The translations under genes were made by a program, and so were the position numbers. From Phyllobates terribilis (taxonomy: Eukaryota): a DNA stretch of 64,000 nucleotides. Under the pieces are notes generated by a model. The model was not told the origin of the DNA and made no database searches. It was given only the letters and a program-made list of their open reading frames with translations. The stretch lies in contig NW_027362761.1 in NCBI RefSeq assembly GCF_046119375.1, positions 480,252,001-480,316,000 of the forward strand, in the 5' to 3' direction. This document shows, one piece after another, positions 50,301 through 59,597 of this stretch. Within the stretch, counting starts at the first letter, position 1. Every line of letters starts with the position of its first letter.

Positions 50301-53300
50301 GGAGGTCAGTATAGATGGACTAATAGAATGATGCTATGCCCAAAAGATTTTACTTCACTAGGTGCAGTAAAAAAATTGGTATTCTATACACAGGTGGTAT
50401 ATCTTGCAACACAGATAGGCTACTCCACTGACTAACACACTCTGCAATAGGCCAAAAAGGATTAGCTTTGCTAGATTCAGCCAAATGCTGTGAAAAAAAC
50501 TTGCACAGCACTGGCACAGACCTGCCTGGCAAGAACTGATAGGAACTCATGTAACCTAGTCCTGAAAAGGACTCCAATTACAATTAGTCTTTACTCCCAC
50601 AATCTATCTACTTAAGAGCACAGACCTGCTTGATAAAAGTCGTAGGAAATGCTGTAACCTAGTCCTTAAAAGGACTGCAATCACAACTATTCCCTACTCC
50701 CAAGCTATCTGTATATTTGTGCGAAAATTGGCTTGAAATTAACAAGGTATAGCGCACACAGCAACAGCGGTGCCGTCTAACACGCAGCTGCAGCAGTGAG
50801 AAAATGGTGGCGACGGGGAAAATGGCTTGGTCTTATAGGGCAAGGACATGTGACATACACTGCCAATCACACATGCCCTTGCTTGTGTGAAAAAAAGCAC
50901 TTTGCTCCGTGTGTGCGCTGCTGATAGGCTGACAGACTGCACCTCCCCACTGCAAATGCGGGAAAGAGAAAAAAAAATGGAGATCTTCATTGTTCCTGCA
51001 GAGATCCATCCCCTGCCCCTCCCCCCGCCCCGCTGTACACTCAAACTGCGTATTAACATTAATTTTCATCATTACTGAGAAAAAATCCAGTTATGATTTT
51101 GGTGCACGAACAGTTATCGAACATAACCTCGAACAGCCGAATTTTTCTCAAATTGTTCGTGTTCGCCGACCGGCTCGAACACCGCCCAAAACAGCTCGAA
51201 TTTGAGATTGGCGAACAGTTCGAGTAGAACAACGCTCATCTCTAATGATCTGCCATCAGTCATTTATTTCCCCCCTTTTAAACAAGTAATGAATGTCAAC
51301 TATGGAAAACCAGTTCACGTTAATACAGTTTGGACAAAATGTATGGTTTAAGGAATGAGGATAAGCATAAAGAAAGATTTTTCATCACAAAACAATGTAA
51401 AATAAGCAGACTAACTTGTTTTTTGTCAGCGTTCGCTCTTAGCCAAGTTTCAACTTCCTCCACTTTCTTCTTATGTACAGCAAGCTCTGTCTGCAAAAAG
51501 TGCAGAGTGCTTTCGTGAAAAACACAGATGTTGCCCATATAATTTAAGAATAGCAGTACTTATTGGGAACATTCTTGAGCATGAAAGGGATTTTCGCCTT
51601 TTCGTATGCCTTATTAACCCCTTCACCACCTTGGGTTTACCAGGTTGTTTTTTTGCTCCCCTTCTTCACAGAGCCATAACTTTTTTATTTTTCCGTCAGT
51701 ACGGCCATGTGAGGGCTTGTTTTTTGAGGGATGAGTTGTACTTTTGAACAACAGCATTGATTTTACCATATAGTGTACTGGAAAACAGGAAAAAAAAATC
51801 CAAGTGTGGTGAATTTGCAAAAAAAGTGCTATTCCACTTTTCCAATTCCAATTTTTTTTTACCATGTTCACTATATGCTAAAAGTGACCTGCAGTAATGA
51901 TTCTCCAGGTCATTACGAGTTTGCAGATATCAAACATGTATAGGTTCTTTTTTATTCAAGTGATGAAAAAAAATTCCAAAGTTTATTAAAAAAAATGGCG
52001 CCATTTTCAGGATTTGGGGCCAGCTAAGGGCTTATTTTTTGCAGGCCGAGCGGACGTTTTTATTGATACCTTTTTGGGATAGATATGATGTTTTCATCGC
52101 CTGTTATTGCAATATTGCGGTGACAAAAAAAAAATGTAATTCTGGGGTTTTAATTTTTTTCTCGTTACGCCGTTTACCGATCGAATTCTTTTTATATATT
52201 GATAGATCGGGCGATTCTGAACACGGATATACAAAATGCGTATTTTGGATTTTTTTAAATTGTTTTATTATGAATGGGGCGAAAGGGGGGTGATTTGAAC
52301 TTTATTTGTTTTATTTTAATATTTTTAAAAACTTTTTTTTTTTTTTTTACTTTTCATTGAATTCAATAGTCTCCATGGGAGACTAGAAGCTGCGATCATC
52401 CGATCGCTTGTGTTACACATAGCAAGGCTTCAGGGCTACAGGGTAGCGCTCTTAGCAGTTTGGCAATGACAACCGCAGGGGTCTCCTGCAGACCCCGGGG
52501 TTGTCATGCCAACCCATCGGCGGCCTGCGATCAGGTGACAGGCTCGCCGATGGGCGGGTCTTATGACACGCTTCCGGCACAATTATGTTAAATGCCGCTG
52601 TCAGAGATTGACAGCGGCATTTAACATGTTAACAGCCACGAGTGTATCGCAATTCTACCCGTGGCTGTTAAGGGCACATGACAGCTGATTAAATCAGCTG
52701 TCGTGTGCCTGAAAAGGTGCGGGCTCAACAATGGAGGTTAAAGGGACTCTGTCAGTCGTTTTTTGCTATGTCATCTGAGAGCAGCATGATGTAGGGACTG
52801 AGGCCCTGATCACAGTAATCTGCAACTTATAAAGGCCCCGTCACACATAGCGACGCTACAGCGATCCTGACAACGATACGACCTGTCAGGGATCGTTGCT
52901 GCGTCGCTATGTGATCGCTGGTGAGCTGTCAAACAGGCAGGCTCACCAGCGATCAGGGGAGCAGCGACATCGTGGAAAGAATCTTTCCACAATGTCCTGC
53001 TCCTGGTTACCAGCCTGCTGAAGCAGGAGCAGGCTGGTAACCATGATAAACAGCGCGTTACTAGGGGCACACGCGCACCTAGTAACCCGTTGTTTATCAT
53101 GGTTACCACTCTGCTACGGTGAGCGGGAGGTTACCGCTCACCGTAGCAGAGTGGTAACCATGATAAACAGCGGGTTACTAGGTGCGCGTGTGCCCCTAGT
53201 AACGCACTGTTTATCATGGTTACCAGCCTGATCGCTGGTCCTGCTGGTCACACACAGCGATGTGTGCTGACCAGCGGGAGGGCAAAGACCAAAAAATTGT

Positions 53301-56246
53301 CCAGGACATTTTGCAGCGATCAGCGACCTCACAGCAGGGGCCTGATCGCTGCAAAGTGTCACACATAGCGACATCGCTGGTGAGGTCGCTGTTGCGTCAC
53401 CAAAACCGTGACTCAGCAGCGATCTCGCTATGTGAGACGGGGGCTTTAGGCTGTTTTGCTGATTCAATAAAATCAGTGCTTTAATCAGCAGGAGATTATC
53501 ACTATAGGACTAGGTGTCTTCTGCCTCCTAGTCAACTGCTCTGTTTTCTGCAGCCCCACCACTGATTGGCAGATCTCTGTGTACACTGGCAGCTTTCTGT
53601 TACTATACAATCAGTGGTGTGGGCAGAGTTATAAAGAGCTCAGCATTCGGAGCACGGCTAGATCTGCAGCAGAAAAAACAGGTACTGTATCAAAAAGAAA
53701 GCAAGCAGACCAGCAAGTGACACATCAGACTGCTCTTAGATTACATATTAAAAACCTGCTGACGGATTCCCTTTAAAGGTATACACATTGGAGTAGTGGG
53801 CTCCATTTGGACCCTCCTGTTAGACTACCGAGCCCTTATAATAACAGCCCATCCATGCATTATATGGCCAGCCATTATTCAAAAAAGCTGCCACTTAATA
53901 TTAAATAGTGGCCACTGCAAGGAAAATGTTAGGCCAGACATTGAGAAAACAAGTGATCATAAGCAGTTAAAGGGTTATTCCCATCTCCGTCTTTCATGGC
54001 TGGTATGGGAACAATTGGTCCTAGGTGTTGGCCACCAACAGCAGGGTTATGGACACACCATAATGTAAGCTACGCTTGTACAGCAGCCCATGAGTTATGC
54101 CAACAGTTCACATTGCTATGTTATATCCATAAGCCCCACCTCGGCCATGAAAGACTGAGATGGGAATAACACATTAATGAGAGAGTCCTTAAAACCGCAT
54201 CAGATGTTATTTAAAATAGCTTGTTTTTATGAGGACAAACCTGTAGTCAATTTTCAGGATTCGGTCAGAACCCTATAATACACATGATTTCCTATTCATT
54301 ATCAAGCACAGAAATATTATGGGTTAAAACTGGAATTAAAAAGTGAGATCTTTCCAAATAAAAAAAAAGTCACTGCTTGGGATGAGCTCTAAGAAAAACA
54401 TTACAAAACGGTCTTCATCTTTTCCGAGTGACCTACCTGAACACTGGGCCGGTACTTATCAATCCACGGGTCATTCTGAGACTGGCCTGACGTCGCTGCG
54501 ACTCCATCTTTACCATGACTGGCAGAGAACGGATTTGCTCTTTTTTTGTTGTGAGATTTGTTCTCTAACGTGGACTCATCATTCTTGCTAACACCTCGCT
54601 TAGAGGTCACAAAAACTTGTGAGGTGACTTTATCTGAGCTGCCAAAGAAATCTTCAAAGGACGGTTCTACCCAGTCAGTGATCTGGAAACAAGTCACATC
54701 AGAAATGGACGCATGTAATATTACATCATTATATTGTAGTGCTGTCATTTATAGAGATAATTCTACTAAAGGACGGAAGCGCTAAGAAAAATATACCTGG
54801 AATATTTCAGGAGGATTCAATCATGTAAATTGCATTCAGCACCTTCGATCACCAGAGACGCACTCAACTGTTTCATTCGTTGTACAGTTTTATCAGATTG
54901 TGAGTGGATTTTAAAAAGTGTATGGTATTTCTGTGCAAATCTGAAAATATCAGATATTTCCTCCACTTCACATTGATGACAACACTCCTCTGGTGAGATG
55001 ATAAGCATCTAACATCCGACGTAACAAATACACGAGTCTCTCCAAAGCCAACTGCGAATATCAGCAGGAAACAGATCAGTATTGCACCGTATAGAACCCA
55101 AAATGTTAGGTAGCAAATCTGTCCAATCATACTAATTCTGGGGCTGCTTGGGTTACCAGAGAAGTGGCGTTAGAGGTGAATAGACTTAGGCTACGTGCAC
55201 ACAACGTCTTTTAAACTTTTGCAAACCTGCAAAGTTTTTCAAGCAGAAGCAGCAGGCAACTCTGCCATATTTTTTTTTTTTTGAATAGCCTTTTCTGACA
55301 TTTTTCGGACGTTTCCTTAAAGAAGTTGTCCACTACTTTGACAACCTCTTGTGATACCCCACGCTTGGCCCTGATAAAATAAAAGAGATTATACTCACCT
55401 CCCATGCTGGCGCCGTTCCCGTGGTGTCAGCACTCGCAGTCCCGGGGCTCTTGTGCTGTTTTTGTGATGCGTGACCCCGGCACCCTATCAGCGCTGGCAT
55501 CACTGGCCCCGTCTCCTATCAAATTGAACATGAAGAGGACGTGACAGCAGCCGCCGCCTGGACTTCCTCTTGATGTTCGATTTGTCCGAAGGCAGACAGT
55601 GACACCAGCGCTGATTAGGTGCCAGGGTCACGTGTGACAACAACTGCACGAGAGCCCCGGGACACCGCTACAACGGCGCCAGAACGAGAGGTGAGTATAA
55701 GCTTATTTATTTTATCGAAGTCAAAGTTTTGATCAAAAAAGGGTTGTCCTAGTAGTGGGCAACCCAGTTAACCTTTTTTTTTGGTAGTTTTGGCAGCTGG
55801 CAGTTAGAAAGCACTAGCGTTTTTGAGCAAAAAACGCCTGGGTGTTTCAAGCTTTCCTATTAACAAGTATAGGGCATAGAATGGTCTGCTCACTTTTAAC
55901 CAGGTGGTGGTTTTAAAAAACCTGAAGTAGTTAAAAGACATTCAAAAGCCTGAACTTACGCACAGCGGTTCGTTTTTTCACAAAAAAAAATGCATATGGT
56001 CATTCTTTTGAGCATTTTATGATAGATGTTTCAGGTGAAATCCGCCTGATGTGCACATACAGAGATTTATGACGGTAACCCCATCTACCTAAGGAGAGGT
56101 GAACAGAGCCAATCACAACCGGAGAGAAGTTCAAGGCGCTTGTAAGATACAGAATTTAAATGCAATCTAAAAATTCATATAACATTAGTAAGCAGACGCA
56201 TTACCTTAGCAGAAGTGACTTTTCTTCTGTAAGATGTCTTTGACAT
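17031..56246 (-). CDS. RAD17: Cell-cycle checkpoint clamp-loader subunit RAD17, complete 16-exon CDS (678 aa)
   Basis: Manually spliced exons total 2037 nt with GT-AG and matching phases. The product matches vertebrate RAD17 throughout: [34 protein letters not shown], Walker [60 protein letters not shown]. Confidence 0.97.
18694..18751 (-). CDS. RAD17: RAD17 coding exon 15 ([19 protein letters not shown])
   Basis: 58 nt with AG/GT flanks; resembles human AQISFIQDIGRLPLKRHFG. Confidence 0.93.
18948..19068 (-). CDS. RAD17: RAD17 coding exon 14 ([12 protein letters not shown]...LRNQ)
   Basis: 121 nt with AG/GT flanks; resembles human YRENCLAAKALF...MRNQ. Confidence 0.93.
20303..20380. repeat. 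(TATG)n microsatellite
   Basis: Seen directly, about 20 nt into the intron after RAD17 coding exon 13. Confidence 0.98.
20402..20548 (-). CDS. RAD17: RAD17 coding exon 13 ([16 protein letters not shown]...[10 protein letters not shown])
   Basis: 147 nt, acceptor AG at 20549-50, donor GTTCAA. Confidence 0.93.
20804..21874 (+). repeat. 5' LTR (CCAAT near 21031, TATATAA at 21054-21060, internal ~98-bp repeats)
   Basis: Direct repeat of 26075-27145, with about 8 substitutions counted by eye. Confidence 0.97.
21888..22838 (+). CDS. Retrotransposon Gag (316 aa; sushi/PEG10-like, CCHC knuckle [14 protein letters not shown])
   Basis: Intact ORF immediately after the [11 protein letters not shown] and [17 protein letters not shown] are typical of this gag family. 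Confidence 0.92.
   Translation: MEPGGTQAPSLSDLCLELSRQRSQQEAILGHLRNVNTRLNTLPDPPTTSASAISCNPAAPLPTNTMVSYPGPRLSAPPRLGGDSVQARGFLNQCTLHFELLSYQFNSDRAKIAFIMSHLTGEALAWLNPLWERGDPLVSNLPAFLTAFRKVFDEPGRKTSSASSLLRLRQGSLTVGQYAIRFRTLASELTWDNDALVSVFWEGLSGRIKDELAGRDTPTTLDDLITLATRIDLRFQERAREVTRERRLPRLAPTFQKPVTPSVSNQVHPPEPMQVDQTKMVKTRQDLRRAEGTCFYCGSKEHQIRACPERSGNACV
22820..26267 (+). pseudogene. Pol (protease DSG, RT YLDD, RNase H, integrase, C-terminal chromodomain) with two lesions
   Basis: Lies in the -1 frame relative to gag. It has an in-frame TAA at 23336-38 and a frameshifting deletion near 24280. Chromodomain [34 protein letters not shown] is present. Confidence 0.93.
26075..27145 (+). repeat. 3' LTR
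   Basis: Preceded by polypurine tract aaggggggggtac and followed by the TSD. Confidence 0.97.
27406..27552 (-). CDS. RAD17: RAD17 coding exon 12 ([21 protein letters not shown]...GDWN)
   Basis: 147 nt with AG/GT flanks. Confidence 0.95.
28074..28162 (-). CDS. RAD17: RAD17 coding exon 11 ([30 protein letters not shown])
   Basis: 89 nt with AG/GT flanks; phase is consistent. Confidence 0.92.
29084..29278 (-). CDS. RAD17: RAD17 coding exon 10 (DSSLTSEF...[20 protein letters not shown])
   Basis: 195 nt with AG/GT flanks. Confidence 0.95.
29722..30520 (+). mobile_element. 5'-truncated L2-clade LINE (RT C-terminus, 3' UTR, (AAT)n tail)
   Basis: [10 protein letters not shown] and [12 protein letters not shown] motifs; the tail tgtaaagcgccatgg...ggcgctata is followed by AAT repeats. 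Confidence 0.88.
30829..30940 (-). CDS. RAD17: RAD17 coding exon 9 ([37 protein letters not shown])
   Basis: 112 nt with AG/GT flanks. Confidence 0.95.
31609..31678 (-). CDS. RAD17: RAD17 coding exon 8 ([24 protein letters not shown])
   Basis: 70 nt with AG/GT flanks. Confidence 0.94.
31866..32274. mobile_element. PIF/Harbinger-like MITE
   Basis: Terminal inverted repeats ggcccctttca(a)attgc / gcaatgtgaaagagcc; TAA on the left flank. Confidence 0.55.
32295..33826 (-). mobile_element. Tc1 (IR/DR-type, DD34E) transposon, degenerate
   Basis: Long inverted ends (~230 bp) with TA flanks. Transposase fragments [16 protein letters not shown] and SPDLNPIEN. Confidence 0.9.
33880..34830 (-). mobile_element. 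CR1-clade LINE fragment
   Basis: Minus-strand remnants resembling QGSVLGP...FINDI and [15 protein letters not shown]. Boundaries are approximate. Confidence 0.7.
35181..35306 (-). CDS. RAD17: RAD17 coding exon 7 ([22 protein letters not shown]...CNI)
   Basis: 126 nt with AG/GT flanks. Confidence 0.95.
35396..35448 (-). CDS. RAD17: RAD17 coding exon 6 ([17 protein letters not shown])
   Basis: 53 nt with AG/GT flanks; the human equivalent is DLPNQFYRDSHTLHEVL. Confidence 0.94.
35689..35994. mobile_element. hAT-family palindromic MITE
   Basis: TIR TAGTGATGAGCG at both ends; 8-bp TSD ctccccac/ctcaccac (7/8 match). Confidence 0.85.
36690..36826 (-). CDS. RAD17: RAD17 coding exon 5 ([31 protein letters not shown]...IIVD)
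   Basis: 137 nt with AG/GT flanks. Confidence 0.95.
37245..37611 (+). mobile_element. Right IR/DR end of a Sleeping Beauty-like Tc1 element
   Basis: Two DR cores gtgtatgtaaactt (about 37387 and 37573), ending tttcaattgtg|TA. Confidence 0.65.
38400..38820. repeat. Degenerate short-unit tandem repeat (ggggcatcatactgtgtggaggg-like)
   Basis: Recurring catcatactgt / tatactgt motifs. Confidence 0.5.
39428..39584 (-). CDS. RAD17: RAD17 coding exon 4 ([20 protein letters not shown]...; Walker A)
   Basis: 157 nt with AG/GT flanks. Not in the supplied ORF track; found by manual translation. Confidence 0.96.
39633..41288 (+). mobile_element. Full-length Tc1 (IR/DR-type, DD34E) transposon, frameshifted transposase
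   Basis: TIR CA(C/G)TGGGTACGGAAAGTATTCAGA with TA flanks. Motifs [18 protein letters not shown] and [11 protein letters not shown]. Confidence 0.95.
41948..42212 (+). pseudogene. 18S rRNA gene fragment (~265 bp, 530-loop region into V4)
   Basis: Colinear match to the recalled vertebrate 18S sequence: ATTGGAGGGCAAGTCT..GCCAGCAGCCGCG-TAATTCCAGCTCC..GCTGCAGTTAAAAAGCT..GATGCTCTT.ACTGAGT..CCCGAAGC.TTT.CTTTGAAAAAATTA. About 85-90% identity by eye in the first 120 nt. Confidence 0.9.
42320..44145 (+). mobile_element. Internal L1/Tx1-type RT fragment, split by a solo LTR
   Basis: SLDAEKAF...LKINGT | [21 protein letters not shown]...LFADD. The reading frame rejoins perfectly when 42484-43698 is removed. 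No poly(A) tail and no 5' end. Confidence 0.88.
42484..43694. mobile_element. Solo LTR (1211 bp)
   Basis: TGTAGCACC...GGTGCGTCA termini with a 4-bp TSD GAAC (42480-83, 43695-98). Confidence 0.8.
44217..45575 (+). mobile_element. Tc1-superfamily DD37E (TRT-like) transposon, right end missing
   Basis: TA|CACCGCGTTCCAAATTATTATGCAAA left end. Transposase [12 protein letters not shown]..., FTDECR, and HDNAPSH with 37 residues to the E position (here Q). Confidence 0.8.
45916..49596 (-). pseudogene. hAT transposase (zf-BED, DDE, dimerization domain), one ~1226-codon frame broken by two stops
   Basis: ORFs 49111-49596, 46522-48969 and 45916-46473 are in the same frame, with stops at 49111-13 and 46522-24. 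Motifs: BED CNIC...[38 protein letters not shown]. Confidence 0.92.
49713..50326. repeat. 110-bp tandem repeat (~5.6 copies) upstream of the hAT transposase
   Basis: gcccaaatat recurs at 49801, 49911, 50021, 50131 and 50241. Confidence 0.95.
51416..51490 (-). CDS. RAD17: RAD17 coding exon 3 ([25 protein letters not shown])
   Basis: 75 nt with AG/GT flanks. Confidence 0.95.
51618..52737. mobile_element. TTAA-target (T2/Kolobok-like) non-autonomous element
   Basis: Begins TTAA|CCCCTTC and ends GGAGG|TTAA; the TIR match is weak. Confidence 0.5.
52742..53772. mobile_element. TTAA-target MITE with a nested Harbinger-like palindromic MITE (52833-53445)
   Basis: Outer TIR agggactctgtca / tgacggattccct with TTAA flanks. 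Inner TIR aggccccgtcacacatagcga. Confidence 0.7.
54437..54682 (-). CDS. RAD17: RAD17 coding exon 2 ([13 protein letters not shown]...[13 protein letters not shown])
   Basis: 246 nt with AG/GT flanks. Confidence 0.95.
55189..56062. mobile_element. Harbinger-like MITE with a nested TTAA-type element (~55318-55772)
   Basis: TTA|GGCTACGTGCACAC left end and a degenerate ...gtgcacatac right end. Confidence 0.45.
56205..56246 (-). CDS. RAD17: RAD17 coding exon 1 CDS part ([14 protein letters not shown]); the exon probably extends to the acceptor at 56309-10
   Basis: Matches the recalled long human isoform start MSKTFLRPKVSSTK; donor AAG|GTAATG. Confidence 0.85.
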
Positions 56247-56891
56247 TATAAAGTTGTAAAATTCCCATCAGCTCAGCAATGCATGATATGTGGGGACCAG
56301 GTCTTGCACTAAAAAAAAGGAAATTAGAAATTCATGTATAAATATGTTATGCAAAAATAAAAACTATGACATTCATGGGATATATCAGTATAAACAAGTT
56401 ATCGCCGATGCACTGTATACCTAATAACTGTACGAACGGTGCAACTTAAGTCCATGGGCAAAATCAGATGATTGTGGCGGCATATTATGCATACTCAAGT
56501 CTACGACACTAAAGATAGAGCACTATACTGTGCTTGACTCTGTTCAGTGTCAGTTGTGACTGGATTGCATAACCTTGAATATGTTCACGGTCATAGATGT
56601 GAATGGATCGGCGGGAAATATGAGTAACTCTCTACTCCACTCATTCCCATTTTGCTGCAGTCTTGCAGCCAGGAGAAAATCAGGGGACAAATGCTCTTTA
56701 TTATGGCAATTGGGAGGAGTCCAAACACGTGGTCTAGTGATAAGTGATAATGTGTTTAGCCTGGAATATCTCTTATATTTTACAAGAAAGCAAAAACTAA
56801 GCTTACAAGAACAGTAACAATGAACACCCTAAATTTAAAAAAATACAAACATTCTTAGAAATTTGTACGGCTTGGAAGTACTATATTGTAA

Positions 56892-57262
56892 GGTGGTGTG
56901 CACACAGTGCGTTTTTTTATGCGTTTTGGATGCGGCAATTCCGTGCAGAATTGGCCTCAAAAACGCATTGCAATCCTTATCCCATGATTTCTAACGAAAT
57001 TTAGGCAGATCTGTGCACATGATCAGGATTTTTCCCGACTGAATTTCATGCACGTAAAAAGAAGCAGCATGTACATTCTTTTTGCGTTTTTCCTATACAA
57101 TGCATTGGAAAAAACGCATGGCAAATCCGCAGGCAAAAACGCATGAAAATGCATCGAAAACGTGCAGAATTTCCGCAGTGTTTTTGCTGCCAAGAGGTGC
57201 AGAACCTTGCAGAAACGCTGCAGAAATTTCTGCAAGCAATTCCTGATCGTTCGCACATAACC
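56892..57262. mobile_element. Harbinger-like MITE
   Basis: TAA flanks at 56889-91 and 57263-65; imperfect GG-starting TIRs. Confidence 0.6.
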
Positions 57263-57290
57263 TAAATCTGAACAAGGGGAGACAGACATA

Positions 57291-59360
57291 CAGGTGCATC
57301 TCAGTAAATTAGAATATCATCAAAAAGTTAATTTATTTCAGTTCTTCAATACAAAAAGTGAAACTCATTATATAGAGTCATTACAAACAGAGTGATCTAT
57401 TTCAAGTGTTTATTTCTGTTAATGTTGATAATTATGGTTTACAGCCAATGAAAACACAAAAGTCATTATCTCAGTGAATTAAAATAATTAACAAAAAACA
57501 CCTGCAAAGACTTCTTAAGTGTTTAAAAAGGTCCCTTAGTCTGTGTCAGTAGGCTCCACAATCATGGGGAAGACTGCTGACTTGACAGATGTCCAGAAGG
57601 CAGTCACTGACACACTCCACAAGGTCCCAGAGTTCCAGTTTTCATTTGGAAATCAAGGTCCCAGAGTCTGGAGGAAGAGAGGAGAGGCCACAATCCAAGC
57701 TGCTTGAGGTCTAGTGTGAAGTTTCCACAATCAGTGATGGTTTGGGGAGCCATGTCATCTGCTGGTGTAGGTTCACTGTTTTATCAAGACCAAAGTCAGA
57801 TCAGCCATCTACCAGGAAATTTTAGACCTCTTCATGCTTCCCTCTGTCGACAAGCTTTTTGGAGATGGAAATGTAATTCTCCAGCAGGACTTGGCACCTG
57901 TCCACACTGCCAAAAGTACCAATACCTGGTTTAAAAACAACAGTATCACTGTGCTTGATTGGCCAGCAAACTTGCCTGACCTTAACCCCATAGAGAATCT
58001 ATGGGGTATTGTCAAGAGGAAGATGAGCAACACGAGACCCAACAATGCAGATGAGCTGAAGGCTGCTATCAAAGCAACCTGGGCTTCCATAAGGCTGCGT
58101 GCCCACTATGCGTTTTTCAAGCGTTTATGCTGTGGAATTTCCGCAGTGAAATCGCTTAAAGGCTTGGTAATACGTGCTCCATGGTTCCCAATGATAATCC
58201 GCATGTGCTGTGGATCCGCTGCTGCGGATTATCATTGCGGAAAAATCCGCAGCATGTCCATTAATTTTGTGGACACGCAGCGTAATTGCCGCCATTGACT
58301 TGCATTGAATCGCTTAATATCCGCATGACTACATGTGCACATGCGGATATTAAGCGATTCAATGTGCGGATGGTACCTGGGTCTGGAGAAGAGGAGACTC
58401 TCCTCCAGACCCGGGTACCATAGTACCTATAGTTAAAAAAGAATTGAAAATAAAAAAATATACATTATACTCACCTTCCGATGTCCCCCGGTCTCCTCTG
58501 TGGTGCGTCCTGGCTCCCCGGTGGCTCGCGATGGTGTAAAAGGACTTTCCATGACGTCATTTAGTCATGTGACAGGTCACGCGACAGCTGACGTCAGCGG
58601 TCGCGTGACCTGTCACATAACTAAATGACGTCATGGAAGGTCCTTTTACACCACAGCGAGCCGTACAAGAGACCGGACGCACCGGAGAGAAGACCACGGG
58701 CCATCAGAAGGTAAGTATAATGTTTGTTTTTTTACCATTTTTATTCTTTTTTTAACTATTAACTTGGTCACACTATATAAATCCATGCCGGTTGCATGGA
58801 TTTATATAGTGTGACCAAGTTGTCAAGCACTTTCCAAGTGATGCTAAAAATAGCTTGGAAAAGCGCTTGATAACCCGCATGCAAAAACGCTTGACAAACG
58901 CTTGTACCTGGCAGGAAAAACGCATGTGAAATCCGCATGTGATTTTCCTGCCAGGGAGATGCAGAAAAAAATATGCAGCATTCCTTCATCATGGGCACTT
59001 AGCCTAACACCTCAGCAGTGCCGCAGGCTGATCGCCTCCATGCCACGCCGCATTGATGCAGTAATTGATGCAAAAGGAGCCCCGACCAAGTATGGAGTGC
59101 ATTTATTGAACATACATTTCAGTAGGCCAACATTTTGGATTTTAAAAACATTTTTCAAGCTGTTATAAAGTATTCTAGTTTACTGACATAATGACTTTTG
59201 TGTTTTCATTGGCTGTAAGCCATAATCATCAACATTAACAGAAATAAACACTTGAAATAGATCACTCTGTTTGTAATGACTTAATAGGAGTTTCACTTTC
59301 TGTATTGAAGTGCAATAAATTAACTTTTTGATGATATTCTAATTTAATGAGATGCACCTG
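57291..59360 (+). mobile_element. Tc1 (same family as 32295-33826, opposite orientation), internally deleted and interrupted by a MITE
   Basis: TA|CAGGTGCATCTCA...TGAGATGCACCTG|TA. The transposase reads WASI|TPQQCRRLIASMPRR across the insertion. Confidence 0.9.
58093..59004. mobile_element. PIF/Harbinger-type MITE nested in the Tc1
   Basis: TAA TSD (58090-92, 59005-07) and TIR GGCTGCGTGCCCA / TGGGCACTTAGCC. Removing it restores the Tc1 frame. Confidence 0.85.
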
Positions 59361-59439
59361 TAAATCTGCTTGACGCTGCCCTGTGTGAACCTATTTTCCC
59401 AGCTGAGACACTGACTGTTGGTTTGTTAAAACTTTTTGA

Positions 59440-59597
59440 CAGTGAGGGTGATTAATGAGGAGTTCTCCTTCAACTGAAGTCTTCAAACAGAGGCTGGTCA
59501 GACATCTGTCTGAGATAGTTTAGAGAATCCTGTATTGAGAAGGTAGTTGGACATGATGATCCTGTAGGTTCCTTCCAACTCTAACATTCTATGTTTC
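59440..59597 (+). mobile_element. CR1 LINE 3' end
   Basis: gatgatcctgtaggttccttccaactctaacattctatg is a typical CR1 3' terminus. Confidence 0.7.

Larger units (their letters stand above)
41441..51244 (-). mobile_element. 9.8-kb composite hAT DNA transposon
   Basis: Exact 8-bp TSD ATGATCTG (41433-41440, 51245-51252). Imperfect TIRs TAGTGTTGAGCC / TAGAGATGAGCG, subterminal GTTCG/CGAAC repeats at both ends, and an internal hAT transposase. Confidence 0.92.

Noticed and set aside
49713-50326. Idea that the 110-bp hAT repeat itself derives from 18S (gatgcag.taaaaa resembles gctgcagttaaaaag)
   Set aside because: Only about 12 nt of similarity in AT-rich sequence; not supportable without a family consensus alignment.
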